A DNA stretch of 64,000 bases, taken from IMG/VR virus record IMGVR_UViG_3300032219_002227, positions 1-64,000 of that record; one strand, 5' to 3'. The notes beneath the pieces are model-generated. The model was given only the letters and a program-made list of their open reading frames with translations, was not told the DNA's origin and did not search any database. Shown piece by piece: positions 30,591 to 41,746 of this stretch; positions within the stretch are counted from its first letter, which is position 1; the number at the start of each line of letters is the position of its first letter. The position numbers and the translations under genes are program-made. The DNA comes from a virus (taxonomy: Duplodnaviria > Caudoviricetes).

Positions 30591-30988
30591 AGAAAGTATG
30601 GGTAAATGGTTCATTTGACATTCTTCATTTAGGTCATGTTCGACTACTTGAATATGCTGCTTTATTTGGTAGTATTCGAGTTGGAATTGATACTGATGAA
30701 AGAATTAAAGAAAAAAAAGGAAAAGATAGACCATATAATACTTTGAAAGATAGAGTAGAATTCTTATATTCAATAAAGTATGTTGATTCTGTTGTTACAT
30801 TTAGTAGTAATGAAGAATTAGTTAATAGTATTAGAGAATATAACCCAGACCTAATGGTTATAGGAGATGATTACAGTTATCATTCTATAATTGGAATTGA
30901 ACATATTCCTGAAGTTAAATTCTTTGAAAAAATACCTGGTAAATCAACAACTAAAATTTTAAGTTATGGAAAAACCAATAGTTTGTGA
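30572..30988 (+). CDS. Nucleotidyltransferase (HldE/RfaE domain II, TagD-like)
   Basis: GSFDILHLGH, KGKDRP, GDDY, STT. Confidence 0.88.
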   Translation: MGNIMVKKVWVNGSFDILHLGHVRLLEYAALFGSIRVGIDTDERIKEKKGKDRPYNTLKDRVEFLYSIKYVDSVVTFSSNEELVNSIREYNPDLMVIGDDYSYHSIIGIEHIPEVKFFEKIPGKSTTKILSYGKTNSL

Positions 30989-31337
30989 GGGGTGTAAAGT
31001 ACCTAAAGGTTGGGGTGAAGAACTAATTATTGAAAATAATGAATTATATTGTGGTAAACTCCTCATATTCAAAGCAGGATGCAAATTTAGTATGCATTAC
31101 CATATGATTAAAGATGAAACATGGTATGTTGATAAAGGCGAATTTACATACAGATGGATTGATACTAAAACTGCAGATACAATAGAACAACATCTTAAAC
31201 CAGGCGATATAGTAAGACAAAGACCCGGACAACCACATCAATTAATTGCTTTAACTGATGGTGTTATATTTGAAGTATCAACTACTCACTTTGATTCTGA
31301 CTCATATCGTGTTTGGAAGGGAGATTCACAAAAATAA
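30966..31337 (+). CDS. Cupin (sugar isomerase-like)
   Basis: KGWG, SMHYH..KDETW, PH, EVST. Confidence 0.8.
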   Translation: MEKPIVCEGCKVPKGWGEELIIENNELYCGKLLIFKAGCKFSMHYHMIKDETWYVDKGEFTYRWIDTKTADTIEQHLKPGDIVRQRPGQPHQLIALTDGVIFEVSTTHFDSDSYRVWKGDSQK

Positions 31338-32272
31338 AATATATGAAAAAAATATTAATTATAGGAGGAAACGGTTATGTAGGTAGTCGTCTATATAAAG
31401 ACCACTCAGCAGAATACGATATAATTTCTGTCGATAATTGTTGGTTTGATAATCCTATCATTCCTACAATTCAAGAAGATTTTAATGATTTAACAGAAGA
31501 CTTCTTAAATAAATTTGATGTTGTTATTTTATTAGCAGGCCATTCAAGTGTTAAAATGTGTGAAGGACCTCTATTAGGAGCTTATGATAACAATATTAGA
31601 AATTTTGTTAAATTAGCATCTAAACTTAAACCTCATCAAAAATTCATATATGCTAGCTCATCTAGTGTTTATGGTAATGCCGGAGAGTTAGTAGTAGATG
31701 AAACATATAATGGTTTTGTTCCTCATAATCACTATGATATTACAAAACACGTTATTGATCTTTATGCTCCTAAATTCGATACTCAGTATTATGGTTTAAG
31801 ATTTGGTACAGTTAATGGTTATTCTCCTATTGTTAGAAACGATGTTATGATTAATTCAATGACATATAATGCTATTAGAGATGGAGAAATAAAACTATAT
31901 ATTAAAGATATTCTTAGACCAATTCTTGGTATAGGTGATTTAAGTAGAGCCATTAAATGTATTATCGATATAGAAAACGATTATAGAGGAATATATAATT
32001 TAGCTTCATTTAATAGCACAGCTGGAGAAATTGCTTACGGCGTTAGTAAAATTGCAAATAAACCGGTTATTGAGTATGAAACTGATCCAACAAATATAGT
32101 TAATTCTAAATTACAAACTAAAAGTTATAATTTTTCTATTGATTGTTCTAAATTTAAAAATACTTTTAATTTTGAATTTAAAGAAACAATAGAAAGTATT
32201 ACAAAAGGATTAGTAGATAATTTTAATAATATAATTTTTACATCAAGAAATCAATTTAAAGATTATGAATAG
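31313..32272 (+). CDS. NAD-dependent epimerase/dehydratase
   Basis: GGNGYVG, ASSSSVYG, YxxxK. Confidence 0.9.
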   Translation: MEGRFTKIKYMKKILIIGGNGYVGSRLYKDHSAEYDIISVDNCWFDNPIIPTIQEDFNDLTEDFLNKFDVVILLAGHSSVKMCEGPLLGAYDNNIRNFVKLASKLKPHQKFIYASSSSVYGNAGELVVDETYNGFVPHNHYDITKHVIDLYAPKFDTQYYGLRFGTVNGYSPIVRNDVMINSMTYNAIRDGEIKLYIKDILRPILGIGDLSRAIKCIIDIENDYRGIYNLASFNSTAGEIAYGVSKIANKPVIEYETDPTNIVNSKLQTKSYNFSIDCSKFKNTFNFEFKETIESITKGLVDNFNNIIFTSRNQFKDYE

Positions 32273-33503
32273 TGAATTTCAAGTATCATACATTGAAAAC
32301 AAAAAATGTTTTTGTTGTGGTAATAATAATTTAAAAACAATATTAGATTTAGGAAATCAACCATTAGCAAATGATTATCATAGTAATTTAACATTACAGG
32401 AAGAATATCCATTAAGATTAAATTTATGTGATAAATGTTTTCATTTACAGTTAAGTCATACAGTTAACCCAGATTTAATGTTTAAACATTATCTGTATGT
32501 AAGTGGTACAACACAAACATTGAGAGATTATTTTGATATGTTTGCTAAAAAAACATTAGAATATAATCCTAAAGCTAAAAATATATTAGATATTGCTTCT
32601 AATGATGGAACTCAACTCGATTCTTATAAAAAACTAGGATTAACTACCTACGGTATCGATCCGGCTGAGAATTTATATGATGATGCTGTAGCTAAAGGTC
32701 ATAATGTTATATGTGATTACTTTAATATGGGTAATATTGATAGATTTAATGATACTAAATTTGATATTATTACTGCTCAAAATGTATTTGCTCATAATAA
32801 GTACACAGTTGATTTTCTTAGATCATGTAATGCTGTAATGAATGATGAATCAGTATTGTTTATACAAACATCACAAGCAAATATGGTGTTAAATAATGAA
32901 TTCGATACTATATATCATGAGCATTTATCTTTCTTTAATACTAAATCAATGAAAACATTAGTTGAAAGATGTGGTTTAGTATTGAGTGATGTATTTAAAA
33001 CAGATATACATGGTACTAGTTATGTATTTGTAATTACTAAAAAAGATTTAGGTAGAACTGGAGTACAAGAAATGTTAGAATTTGAACAAAAGAATGGTTT
33101 ATATGATGTTTTAACATATCCTCAATATGCTTTAAAATGTTACAAAGCAACTCATGATTTAAAGAATAAATTACAGGAGCTTAAAAACGAAGGATATATT
33201 TTAGTTGGATATGGAGCTGCTGCTAAAGGTAATACATTACTTAATTTTGGAAAAATTGAATTGGATGTCATTATAGATGATAACCCATTAAAACAAAATC
33301 TATACACCCCAGGAATAAATATTCCTATTCAAAGCTCTGAATACTTGGTAAATTCACTTTCATTAGTTGAAGGCAAAGTAGCTTTTATACCTTTAGCTTG
33401 GAACTTTTATACTGAGATTAAATCACGTATTAAAGCAAAAAGAGATAATCCAAACGATCTATTTATTAAATATTTTCCAACACTAGAAGTAAATGAAGGT
33501 TAA
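32265..33503 (+). CDS. NDP-sugar C-methyltransferase (TylCIII-like)
   Basis: N-terminal Zn CxxC, DIASNDG, FDTIYHEH, GYGAAAKGNTLL, LAWNF. Confidence 0.88.
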   Translation: MNSEFQVSYIENKKCFCCGNNNLKTILDLGNQPLANDYHSNLTLQEEYPLRLNLCDKCFHLQLSHTVNPDLMFKHYLYVSGTTQTLRDYFDMFAKKTLEYNPKAKNILDIASNDGTQLDSYKKLGLTTYGIDPAENLYDDAVAKGHNVICDYFNMGNIDRFNDTKFDIITAQNVFAHNKYTVDFLRSCNAVMNDESVLFIQTSQANMVLNNEFDTIYHEHLSFFNTKSMKTLVERCGLVLSDVFKTDIHGTSYVFVITKKDLGRTGVQEMLEFEQKNGLYDVLTYPQYALKCYKATHDLKNKLQELKNEGYILVGYGAAAKGNTLLNFGKIELDVIIDDNPLKQNLYTPGINIPIQSSEYLVNSLSLVEGKVAFIPLAWNFYTEIKSRIKAKRDNPNDLFIKYFPTLEVNEG

Positions 33504-34407
33504 AATATCATATCATATAATGCCGTATGAAATAGACTATGCTCTACTATCATACATGCAATTAAAAAAATCAAGATACCATATCCCAGATAATATAGAT
33601 ATTGAGATAGATACTATAATGAATTGTTCTAATTATCTAATTGACTGGGATAAAACAATATTGCCTAAACAATTCTTTATTCAAAAATTTAATGATTTAA
33701 ATGTATTGCTTAAAGACTATACTGTTAATCCTAAAATATATGAAGGAGATGAGTGTTATGGTCTTTTAGATATACAACGTGAATCATATTGTGGAGCAGA
33801 TTATTATATTAATATCACTCCTGATATGTACTTTAGTGAACATCTACTAGCTCTAATGCTAGAGTCTACCAAACTAATCAAAAACAAATACTATGTAGTT
33901 ACTCCAGAAATTCATAAAATGTGGGATAATACCTGGGATGAAATTACTAATCAGAGGTATATGGATGTACCTTATGCAGAATGGAATAATACAGATGTAT
34001 TTGAGATTAGGCATAATATGAAAATGGATAACGATGATATTAGATTGGAACCAACACAACGTAGTAAATGGGCTTGGTGGTTAGATTTATATAACAGAGC
34101 ATTTTATGAAGATTTTGCTCCTGTTCAAGATGATTGGTATGGATATGGTCCTTGGGATTGGTGGTCGCTTATGTTAACAGAATATGCTAAAGCAAGAGGT
34201 GCTGATTTCCAAGAATATGTTTTAAGAGGTCAAACTATATTTGAATATCCAATTGGTTCTTTAAAAGGAAAAGGATTCGTTTCTTATCATAAAGATTTTA
34301 TGCACATGAGAGGAAACGCCCCACAACAAAGGCAGCGATTTGAATCTAATATGCAATTATATTTAGAAAGAGGAATTAAACATTTACAACAAAAAGGAAT
34401 AATATGA
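33493..34407 (+). CDS. Hypothetical protein, possibly GT-A-like
   Basis: ITPDMYF, GYGPWD; glycan-locus context. Confidence 0.5.
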   Translation: MKVKISYHIMPYEIDYALLSYMQLKKSRYHIPDNIDIEIDTIMNCSNYLIDWDKTILPKQFFIQKFNDLNVLLKDYTVNPKIYEGDECYGLLDIQRESYCGADYYINITPDMYFSEHLLALMLESTKLIKNKYYVVTPEIHKMWDNTWDEITNQRYMDVPYAEWNNTDVFEIRHNMKMDNDDIRLEPTQRSKWAWWLDLYNRAFYEDFAPVQDDWYGYGPWDWWSLMLTEYAKARGADFQEYVLRGQTIFEYPIGSLKGKGFVSYHKDFMHMRGNAPQQRQRFESNMQLYLERGIKHLQQKGII

Positions 34408-34748
34408 ATTATAAAGAACAACGTCCCTGGGGGGAATTTGAAAATTTACTAGATAGTGATCTCTGCAAAGTAAAACAAATCATTATTAAACCAGGACAAG
34501 CTCCTAGCTATCAATATCATTTTAAAAGAAGTGAAATATGGGTTGTAGTTCAAGGAATTGGAGAATTAAAACTAAATGATAATATGATTCCTGTAGAAAA
34601 GGGATACGTATTTTACATTGAAAAAGAAGCAAAACATCAAGTAAAAAATACAGGTACTGAAGATCTTATTTTTATTGAAATTCAACTTGGTGAATATTTT
34701 GGCGAAGATGATATCGTACGTTTAGAAGATAATTATGGGAGACTATAA
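34404..34748 (+). CDS. Cupin (type II phosphomannose isomerase C-terminal-like)
   Basis: RPWG, SYQYH..RSE.W, IEIQLGEYFGEDDIVRLED.YGR. Confidence 0.88.
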   Translation: MNYKEQRPWGEFENLLDSDLCKVKQIIIKPGQAPSYQYHFKRSEIWVVVQGIGELKLNDNMIPVEKGYVFYIEKEAKHQVKNTGTEDLIFIEIQLGEYFGEDDIVRLEDNYGRL

Positions 34749-36294
34749 AGTATTAATAACAACAAGCGGATTAGGAAGTAGATTAGGTAACTTAACTGAC
34801 TATACTAATAAGGCTTTAATAAGAGTAGCAGATAAACCTGCTATTTCTTATATTATAGAATCATATCCATCTGATATTGAATTTGTAATAACATTAGGTC
34901 ATTTTGGATCTCATGTAAAGCAATTTTTAGAATTAGCATATCCAAATCATAAATTCACCTTTGTAGAAATAGATAAATATAAAGGTGAAGGTAGTAGTCT
35001 AGGTTATTCTATACTACAATGTAAACACAAAATCAATTGTCCTTTTATATTCCATGCCTCAGATACAATTGTAAAAGATTTTAAAACACCAAATTTAAAC
35101 ACTAACTGGGTAGCAGGTAATTATAAAGAAGATTCATCTCAATATAGAACTCTTAATCTTAGTGATGGTAAACTAATTAAAATAAATGAAAAAGGAGAAT
35201 TGGGACATTATTTTTCATACATTGGACTAGCAGGTATAAAAGATTTTGAATTATTCTTTTACAATTTAGAAAAATTAGTATATGGTGATTATAAAGATAT
35301 TTCTGATGTACATGCTATAAATAATATGTTATCTGAAGTGGATTTTTATTATAAAGAAGTTAATTATGGTAAATGGTTTGATATAGGAAATACTTCTGAA
35401 TTAGTTAAAACTAGAAAGAAATTTAGTTCAAGTATAGATGTTTTAGATAAGAAAGATGAATCAATATTTTTCTTTGATGATTTTGTAATTAAATTTTTCT
35501 ATGACAAAAATATTAGTAAAAATAGAGTTATACGAGCTAATAATTTAAAAGGATTAGTTCCTGAGATTATAGGTTCAACTGAAAATTTTTACAAATATAA
35601 AAAAGCAGAAGGTAAATTATTTTCTAAATCTGTAAATAGAAATAAGTTTATAAATTTTCTAGATTGGGCTCAAAATAATCTTTGGATTAATAAAGAAGAT
35701 ACTGATTTTAAATCTAAATGTTACGACTTCTATATTACTAAAACTAAAAAACGCATCCAACAATATCTAAATAACACCCCAGATAAAGCAGAGTATATAA
35801 ATGGAGAAAAAATTCCATCATTAGATGAAATGTTAAACCAAATAGATATTGACTGGTTATGCAATGGTCTTCCATCTCAGTTTCATGGTGATTTTATTTT
35901 GGACAATATAATAGAAACAAAAGACGGATTTAAATTAATAGATTGGAGACAAGATTTTGCAGGTGATTTAGAAGTAGGAGATGTTTATTATGATTTAGCT
36001 AAATTAAATCATAATCTAGCTATTAATCATGATATAGTAAATAAGAATTTATTTAATCATTCAAAGAAGGATTGTTATATTTTAATAAACAGTAAATTAA
36101 ATGAATGTAAAGGAGTATTATATAATTTTATACAAGAAAATGGATATGATCTTGTAAAAGTAAAAATTCTTACATCTATTATCTGGATTAATATGGCTCC
36201 CTTACATGAATACCCATTTAATGACTTTTTATTCAGCTTTGGAAAATACAATTTACATAAAAATTTAAAATTATGGAACCAAAATACTTTATAG
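34735..36294 (+). CDS. Nucleotidyltransferase fused to an APH/choline-kinase-like domain
   Basis: SGLGSRL...NKAL; WFDIG; HGDFILDNI, LIDWR, YYDLAKL. Confidence 0.85.
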   Translation: MGDYKVLITTSGLGSRLGNLTDYTNKALIRVADKPAISYIIESYPSDIEFVITLGHFGSHVKQFLELAYPNHKFTFVEIDKYKGEGSSLGYSILQCKHKINCPFIFHASDTIVKDFKTPNLNTNWVAGNYKEDSSQYRTLNLSDGKLIKINEKGELGHYFSYIGLAGIKDFELFFYNLEKLVYGDYKDISDVHAINNMLSEVDFYYKEVNYGKWFDIGNTSELVKTRKKFSSSIDVLDKKDESIFFFDDFVIKFFYDKNISKNRVIRANNLKGLVPEIIGSTENFYKYKKAEGKLFSKSVNRNKFINFLDWAQNNLWINKEDTDFKSKCYDFYITKTKKRIQQYLNNTPDKAEYINGEKIPSLDEMLNQIDIDWLCNGLPSQFHGDFILDNIIETKDGFKLIDWRQDFAGDLEVGDVYYDLAKLNHNLAINHDIVNKNLFNHSKKDCYILINSKLNECKGVLYNFIQENGYDLVKVKILTSIIWINMAPLHEYPFNDFLFSFGKYNLHKNLKLWNQNTL

Positions 36295-37232
36295 GTCCGA
36301 TGTCTAAAAACATTGTTGATGCTATAGTTGATTTTTGTGAAGAAACCAATCACAAAATAGGATTAATCCCCTCTCGCCGCCAAGTAGAATGGAATGGAGG
36401 GTATGTAAACAACTGGACTACAGAAGAATTCAGCAAATATAGTAATCTTATTAAACAAAGAGATCATTCAGGTCCAGGACAAGGTACTTATGATGATAAT
36501 GGTTATGAATCACTTAAATATGATTGCCAATATCTAGATCTCATTCATATAGATCCTTGGAAAAAATATCCATTATTTATTTCTGGATTACAAGAAACAA
36601 TTAAAATGATTAAGTTTTGTTATGAATTAAATCCAAACATTCAATATGAAGTAGGAACTGAAGAAGCTATTAGAAGGTTTGAACCATATGAATTAGCAGA
36701 TTTAATGCATCAATTACAATATCAATTATTACCTGAAGTATATAAACAAATAAAATATCTAGTAATACAATCCGGTACATCTTTAAAAGGAATTAATCAA
36801 ACTGGAACATATGATTCAAATAGATTGAATGATATGATAGGTGTTTGTAAACAATTTAATGTTTTATCTAAAGAACATAATGGTGATTATATACCTGTAT
36901 CAACTATAAAAGAAAAATTTAATTTAGGTTTAGATGCAATTAATATAGCACCTGAGTTTGGAGTTATAGAAACTCAAACTTATCTTAATAATACAGTAGA
37001 CGATAAATTATTTGATCGTTTTTGGCAAATATGTTATGATTCTAGAAAATGGGAAAAATGGGTTAATCCCGGATTTGATCCTTACTTAAATAAAAAAGAA
37101 TTAATTAAAATATGTGGTCATTATGTTTTATCTTATCCTGAATTTATAAATGATATTAAATCTCATTTCTTGGATATAGATGAACAAGTAAAAACTAATG
37201 TAAAAAATAAATTAAATCAACTATATGAATAA
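36273..37232 (+). CDS. TIM-barrel protein, GatZ/KbaZ / class II aldolase-like
   Basis: RDHSGP, IHIDP, YEVGTEE, KEHNGDY, INIAPEFG. Confidence 0.6.
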   Translation: MEPKYFIGPMSKNIVDAIVDFCEETNHKIGLIPSRRQVEWNGGYVNNWTTEEFSKYSNLIKQRDHSGPGQGTYDDNGYESLKYDCQYLDLIHIDPWKKYPLFISGLQETIKMIKFCYELNPNIQYEVGTEEAIRRFEPYELADLMHQLQYQLLPEVYKQIKYLVIQSGTSLKGINQTGTYDSNRLNDMIGVCKQFNVLSKEHNGDYIPVSTIKEKFNLGLDAINIAPEFGVIETQTYLNNTVDDKLFDRFWQICYDSRKWEKWVNPGFDPYLNKKELIKICGHYVLSYPEFINDIKSHFLDIDEQVKTNVKNKLNQLYE

Positions 37233-38373
37233 GCTTCCCTGTATAAATAGAGATAAAAGTGTTATCACTCAACTAGATAACCTTGAACATCTCTATACAT
37301 TCCCTAATTTTCCAGTGTTTTTTGGATGTACAAACGAACCAGAAGAAAAAGATATGCATGCTGACATGATTTGGAAAATAGATCCTGTTACAGGAATTAT
37401 TCAGCTTTCTGAATTAGTTCCACTTGATATTTTATATATGGAACAGCATGTTGATGCTACAGGTCCTACTTGGGATAGATTTAATAATGCTTTTGCTGAT
37501 TATGTAGTAAAAAATAGAAAAGGAAATATACTTGAAATAGGTGGCGGTAGTGGAAAATTAGCTAAAATAGTATTAAGTAAAGAAAATAATATTACTTATA
37601 CTGTAATTGAACCAAATCCGTTATTTGAAGAAACAGATAATTTAAAAGTATTAAAAGGTTTCTTTTCAAAAGAATTTAAAAATCAATTTGATGAAAACAA
37701 TACAGTAATGTTTTCTCAAGTTTTTGAACACGCGTACGAACCAGAAGAATTCCTAAATGAAATTAGTGAATTTCTTCCAATTGGAGGAACATTAGTATTT
37801 GCTTATCCTAATTTAGAACATTGGTTTAAAAGTAAATTTACTAATACTATTAATTTTGAACATACTATGCTTTTAACTGATTATTATGTAGATTATTTTC
37901 TTGCAAAAACTGGATTTGAAATTATTGAAAAAATAGACTATGAAAAACATAGTCATTTCTATACAGTTAGAAAAGTACAAGATAAATCAAATACAAAAAA
38001 TCCAATTTTATATAGTAGATATCATCATTATAAACAGTTATTTAAAGAATATATAGAATATTATCAAAATTTAGTTCAACAAATTAATGAACAAATACAA
38101 AATACTGATTCTGATGTATTCTTATTTGGTGGACATATTTTCTCACAATATTTAATTGGTTTTGGTTTAGATACATCTCGTATTACTTGTATACTAGATA
38201 ATAGTCCTCTTAAACAAGGAAAAAGACTTTATGGCTCTAATTTAAAAGTTGAAAGTTCTAAAATCTTATCTAATTATGATAAACCATTAGTTATTCTTAA
38301 AGCAGGATTATATAATGAAGAAATTATTAACGACATTCATAGTAATATAAATCCTAATACTTTATTTGTATGA
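37225..38373 (+). CDS. SAM-dependent methyltransferase (C-methyltransferase-like)
   Basis: LEIGGGSG, VFEH, NFEH, ILDNSPLKQGKRLYG. Confidence 0.82.
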   Translation: MNKLPCINRDKSVITQLDNLEHLYTFPNFPVFFGCTNEPEEKDMHADMIWKIDPVTGIIQLSELVPLDILYMEQHVDATGPTWDRFNNAFADYVVKNRKGNILEIGGGSGKLAKIVLSKENNITYTVIEPNPLFEETDNLKVLKGFFSKEFKNQFDENNTVMFSQVFEHAYEPEEFLNEISEFLPIGGTLVFAYPNLEHWFKSKFTNTINFEHTMLLTDYYVDYFLAKTGFEIIEKIDYEKHSHFYTVRKVQDKSNTKNPILYSRYHHYKQLFKEYIEYYQNLVQQINEQIQNTDSDVFLFGGHIFSQYLIGFGLDTSRITCILDNSPLKQGKRLYGSNLKVESSKILSNYDKPLVILKAGLYNEEIINDIHSNINPNTLFV

Positions 38374-38732
38374 TAGAAATTAGACCAAAAACAATTTTTT
38401 GTGACATTGATGGAACTTTAGTTAAACATGATCCTCCATCTTTAACTTCTAAACCTGACTATAAAATGGAGGTATTAGAAGGGACTATTGAAAAACTACT
38501 TGAATGGGATAAAAAAGGGTATAATATTATCTTAACTACAGGCCGAAAAGAAAGTTTAAGAACAGTTACTGAAAAACAATTATCTGAAGCTGGTATATTT
38601 TACAATTGTCTCCTAATGGGAATTGGAGGTGGAGCTCGTTATCTAATTAATGATAAAAAACCAGAAGGAACAGAAGCAGCATTTGTTTATAATATTGTTA
38701 GAAATAAAGGAATAAAAGATTTAGATATATAA
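38370..38732 (+). CDS. HAD-family phosphatase
   Basis: CDIDGTL, TTGR, INDK. Confidence 0.85.
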   Translation: MIEIRPKTIFCDIDGTLVKHDPPSLTSKPDYKMEVLEGTIEKLLEWDKKGYNIILTTGRKESLRTVTEKQLSEAGIFYNCLLMGIGGGARYLINDKKPEGTEAAFVYNIVRNKGIKDLDI

Positions 38733-38734
38733 CC

Positions 38735-39946
38735 ATGGTTTTAGTATTTAATATATACATAACAGATCAATCATCAAATGGAGGAACGTGGGCTCAATCT
38801 GGGACTAGACAAGATAGAGGAAATCTTCCTAATTATAATAAATTAGATATCTTAAAATATTGCCTATCTAGTTTAGCTGTAGCTTATCCTTGGAAAAGAG
38901 CTATTATTAATGCTGAACTAGATGGTCCTTATAAGACAGAACAAAATTTAAAAGAATTAGAAGAGTATGTTAAAAATGAATTTAAAAATACAGATTTAAT
39001 ATATTCTCCAAAAAGAAATATCCATCAAGGAGATTGGGTTAATACATATGAATTAATAAATGATGATTTAATTTTATTTCAATGTAACCATGATCATATA
39101 TTCATAGATAGCTCTACAGATTATATCCAGCAATTAGCCTCATTATACAATAAGTATCCTAATAATTTCTATATTGCTCTTTCACATCTTCCAGAACATT
39201 TAAGAATGTCAAAATGTGGATACATTGATATATCTCGTGGAGAAACAACTCCAAATTCTCCTTGGATAGATGTAAAAGTAGAAGATAACCATATTTGTAT
39301 AACTAGAGAAAGTTTTGATAGTATGGCTATAATGTCAAAACAAGTATATGAAAATTGGTTTTTAGATGGATATTGGGATAATCTTAAATTTCCACCTAAT
39401 ACTTTTAAAACAGGAAAAGTTGAATTAGGTAGAGCTGAAGGAGCAGGAGTTATTGGATTAGGAGAAATAAAAAGGTATCTTCATCTTCCTATTTTAAATT
39501 TAAATCATATAGTTCCTTTCCGAGAATTATTTAGACATTTTGATGGATATTTTCACCAATTTATTTCCACTAATCAATGTCCTGCTTTGGATATACCAGT
39601 TGGATTTTTTGAAAATGATATTAAAATAAGATATGGATATGATGATTATAAAGAAGGATGGATAAATATTAATCCAAAAAATTCAAATTATTATGCTCAT
39701 GATATCACAGGGGCTGATTACAAATTTACATTACATGATCTGCCTTTAGTTTGGAAATCCAAAATATCTACTATAGATTCAAACTCACAAATAGATGAAG
39801 AAGAAATGATTCAATATAGACTAAAATCAGTTCTAGAAATGATCTATAATAGTCAATATTATAATCCATATATTGATGAAGAACTTCAAAATAAAGTATT
39901 AGAACATTATTTATTTTCTTATCCAAATTATAAATTATCAAAATGA
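38735..39946 (+). CDS. Hypothetical protein, possibly GT-A-like
   Basis: CNHDHIF, RHFDGY; glycan-locus context. Confidence 0.5.
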   Translation: MVLVFNIYITDQSSNGGTWAQSGTRQDRGNLPNYNKLDILKYCLSSLAVAYPWKRAIINAELDGPYKTEQNLKELEEYVKNEFKNTDLIYSPKRNIHQGDWVNTYELINDDLILFQCNHDHIFIDSSTDYIQQLASLYNKYPNNFYIALSHLPEHLRMSKCGYIDISRGETTPNSPWIDVKVEDNHICITRESFDSMAIMSKQVYENWFLDGYWDNLKFPPNTFKTGKVELGRAEGAGVIGLGEIKRYLHLPILNLNHIVPFRELFRHFDGYFHQFISTNQCPALDIPVGFFENDIKIRYGYDDYKEGWININPKNSNYYAHDITGADYKFTLHDLPLVWKSKISTIDSNSQIDEEEMIQYRLKSVLEMIYNSQYYNPYIDEELQNKVLEHYLFSYPNYKLSK

Positions 39947-40860
39947 AAAAAATAACAATCAAAGACATAGAAGATGTTGTTGGTTTTAGTATTAGTAATG
40001 ATTGTAAAAAATTAATTGAATCTTTTGATTTAACTTACAGAGAATTAACTAAAGAAGAACGTGATAGTGTTATTTTAAATATAATCAATGTAGTAAATGA
40101 TGATATCGAATATGCTGGAAAACATAGGTTAGAAAAATGGGAGAAGGGATGGTATGAAAATTTTGAATTACTTAAACAAACTAAAGATGTTAACAGTTTA
40201 ATTCCTAAATATTTTAATAAACATAATATTGCTCGTTGGAAAGGAGATTTTATTAAATGTGAAACAGAATATTTTGATTATAAATTACATATTATCTTAG
40301 TTGATGCTATTCTACATCATTATGTAGGGACCAATTATAATAATCTATATGAATTTGGTTGTGGTCCTGCTTATCATCTATTACGTTTTGGAAATTTTAA
40401 TTCTGATATTAACTTAGTAGGATTAGATTGGGCTGTTGCTTCACAAAATATTATAAAAGAAATTAATGAATTAGGAATTAATAATAAAATTACCGGATAT
40501 AATTTTGACTATTTTAAACCTGATCATAACATTGAAATTGCTCCTAACTCAGCAATATTTACTTGTGCCTCATTAGAACAAATAGGAGACAATTATAAAG
40601 ATTTTGTAGATTATCTTATAGCTAAAAAACCAGAAGTATGTATTCACTTTGAACCCTCTTCTGAATTGTTAGATAAAGATAGTTTAGTAGATAAGCTTTC
40701 AATATTATATTTTAATAAGAGAAAATATCTTAATGGATATCTTACTTATTTAAAAAGTTTAGAAGAACAAGGAATCATTGAAGTATTTAGTCAAAGACTA
40801 TATGGTGGTTCTTATTTTATTGAAGGATATCCTTTAATCATTTGGAAAATAAAAAAATAA
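39943..40860 (+). CDS. Class I SAM methyltransferase
   Basis: YEFGCG, GLDW, SLEQ, HFEP. Confidence 0.78.
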   Translation: MKKITIKDIEDVVGFSISNDCKKLIESFDLTYRELTKEERDSVILNIINVVNDDIEYAGKHRLEKWEKGWYENFELLKQTKDVNSLIPKYFNKHNIARWKGDFIKCETEYFDYKLHIILVDAILHHYVGTNYNNLYEFGCGPAYHLLRFGNFNSDINLVGLDWAVASQNIIKEINELGINNKITGYNFDYFKPDHNIEIAPNSAIFTCASLEQIGDNYKDFVDYLIAKKPEVCIHFEPSSELLDKDSLVDKLSILYFNKRKYLNGYLTYLKSLEEQGIIEVFSQRLYGGSYFIEGYPLIIWKIKK

Positions 40861-40864
40861 TAAT

Positions 40865-41746
40865 ATGAATAATTTAATTGAAACAAGAAAAAAAGTATAT
40901 GAAAGTTTTCCTAAAGAAAATTTAAGCGCAGATTCCTCTGGTATTGTGTTGTTTTATGACATTAACGATAATGATTATAAAGCATTAACTAAGGCAACTC
41001 AAAACTTTCTATGTAAATCTTTATCATTAGTACATGGAAGAGAATTTGTATGGACTGATACTTTTTTAGAAGATCATGATGATTTAATTCAAGAGTTACC
41101 TAATAAAACTCCTAATGGTGTTGTTAATCCTAAAAAAGAAACAATAAATGAATTTATTGAAATTCAAAAAGCAGTAAATAATATTTTTAAAAATTTAGGT
41201 GTATATAAACATATTAAAAAATTAGCTATTCCTAATATTAGGTATAAAAGCACTAAAGAACCAGAAGGAGCTAAAAATCGTCCTTATTACACAAGTAAAA
41301 TACATTCTGATGCTTGGGTAGGTCATAAAGGTGATTCAATTTTTCTAATTGGTGTTTTAGGTGATATTGATAATAATACAGTAGAATTTAATGAACCTAT
41401 TGGAGCTCATGATAATTATCTTCATAAAGCTGAAAGTTTTGATGAGGGAAACACTAGATATGAATCACTTAAATATTTAGGTTTACTAACAAAACAAAAA
41501 TTAGGTGTTATGGATCATGCATGTGCTCATAGAACTCTAGTAAAAGAAAATAGTAAACCTCGCGTATCTTTAGATATTGCTGTATTAGTTGATAGTGAAT
41601 ATTCTCATGCTAATGATGAAGGATTTGATGAAAAAGCATATGCATATTACAATACAGATGTTATTAAATCTATTGGTATTACTATGAATTATCAAGTTGA
41701 TGAATCAATCTTTAATTCAACAACTACTAAAATTACAGTTTCCTAA
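40865..41746 (+). CDS. Putative 2OG-Fe(II) oxygenase-fold protein
   Basis: HSD...HRT...RVSLD facial-triad pattern. Confidence 0.6.
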   Translation: MNNLIETRKKVYESFPKENLSADSSGIVLFYDINDNDYKALTKATQNFLCKSLSLVHGREFVWTDTFLEDHDDLIQELPNKTPNGVVNPKKETINEFIEIQKAVNNIFKNLGVYKHIKKLAIPNIRYKSTKEPEGAKNRPYYTSKIHSDAWVGHKGDSIFLIGVLGDIDNNTVEFNEPIGAHDNYLHKAESFDEGNTRYESLKYLGLLTKQKLGVMDHACAHRTLVKENSKPRVSLDIAVLVDSEYSHANDEGFDEKAYAYYNTDVIKSIGITMNYQVDESIFNSTTTKITVS

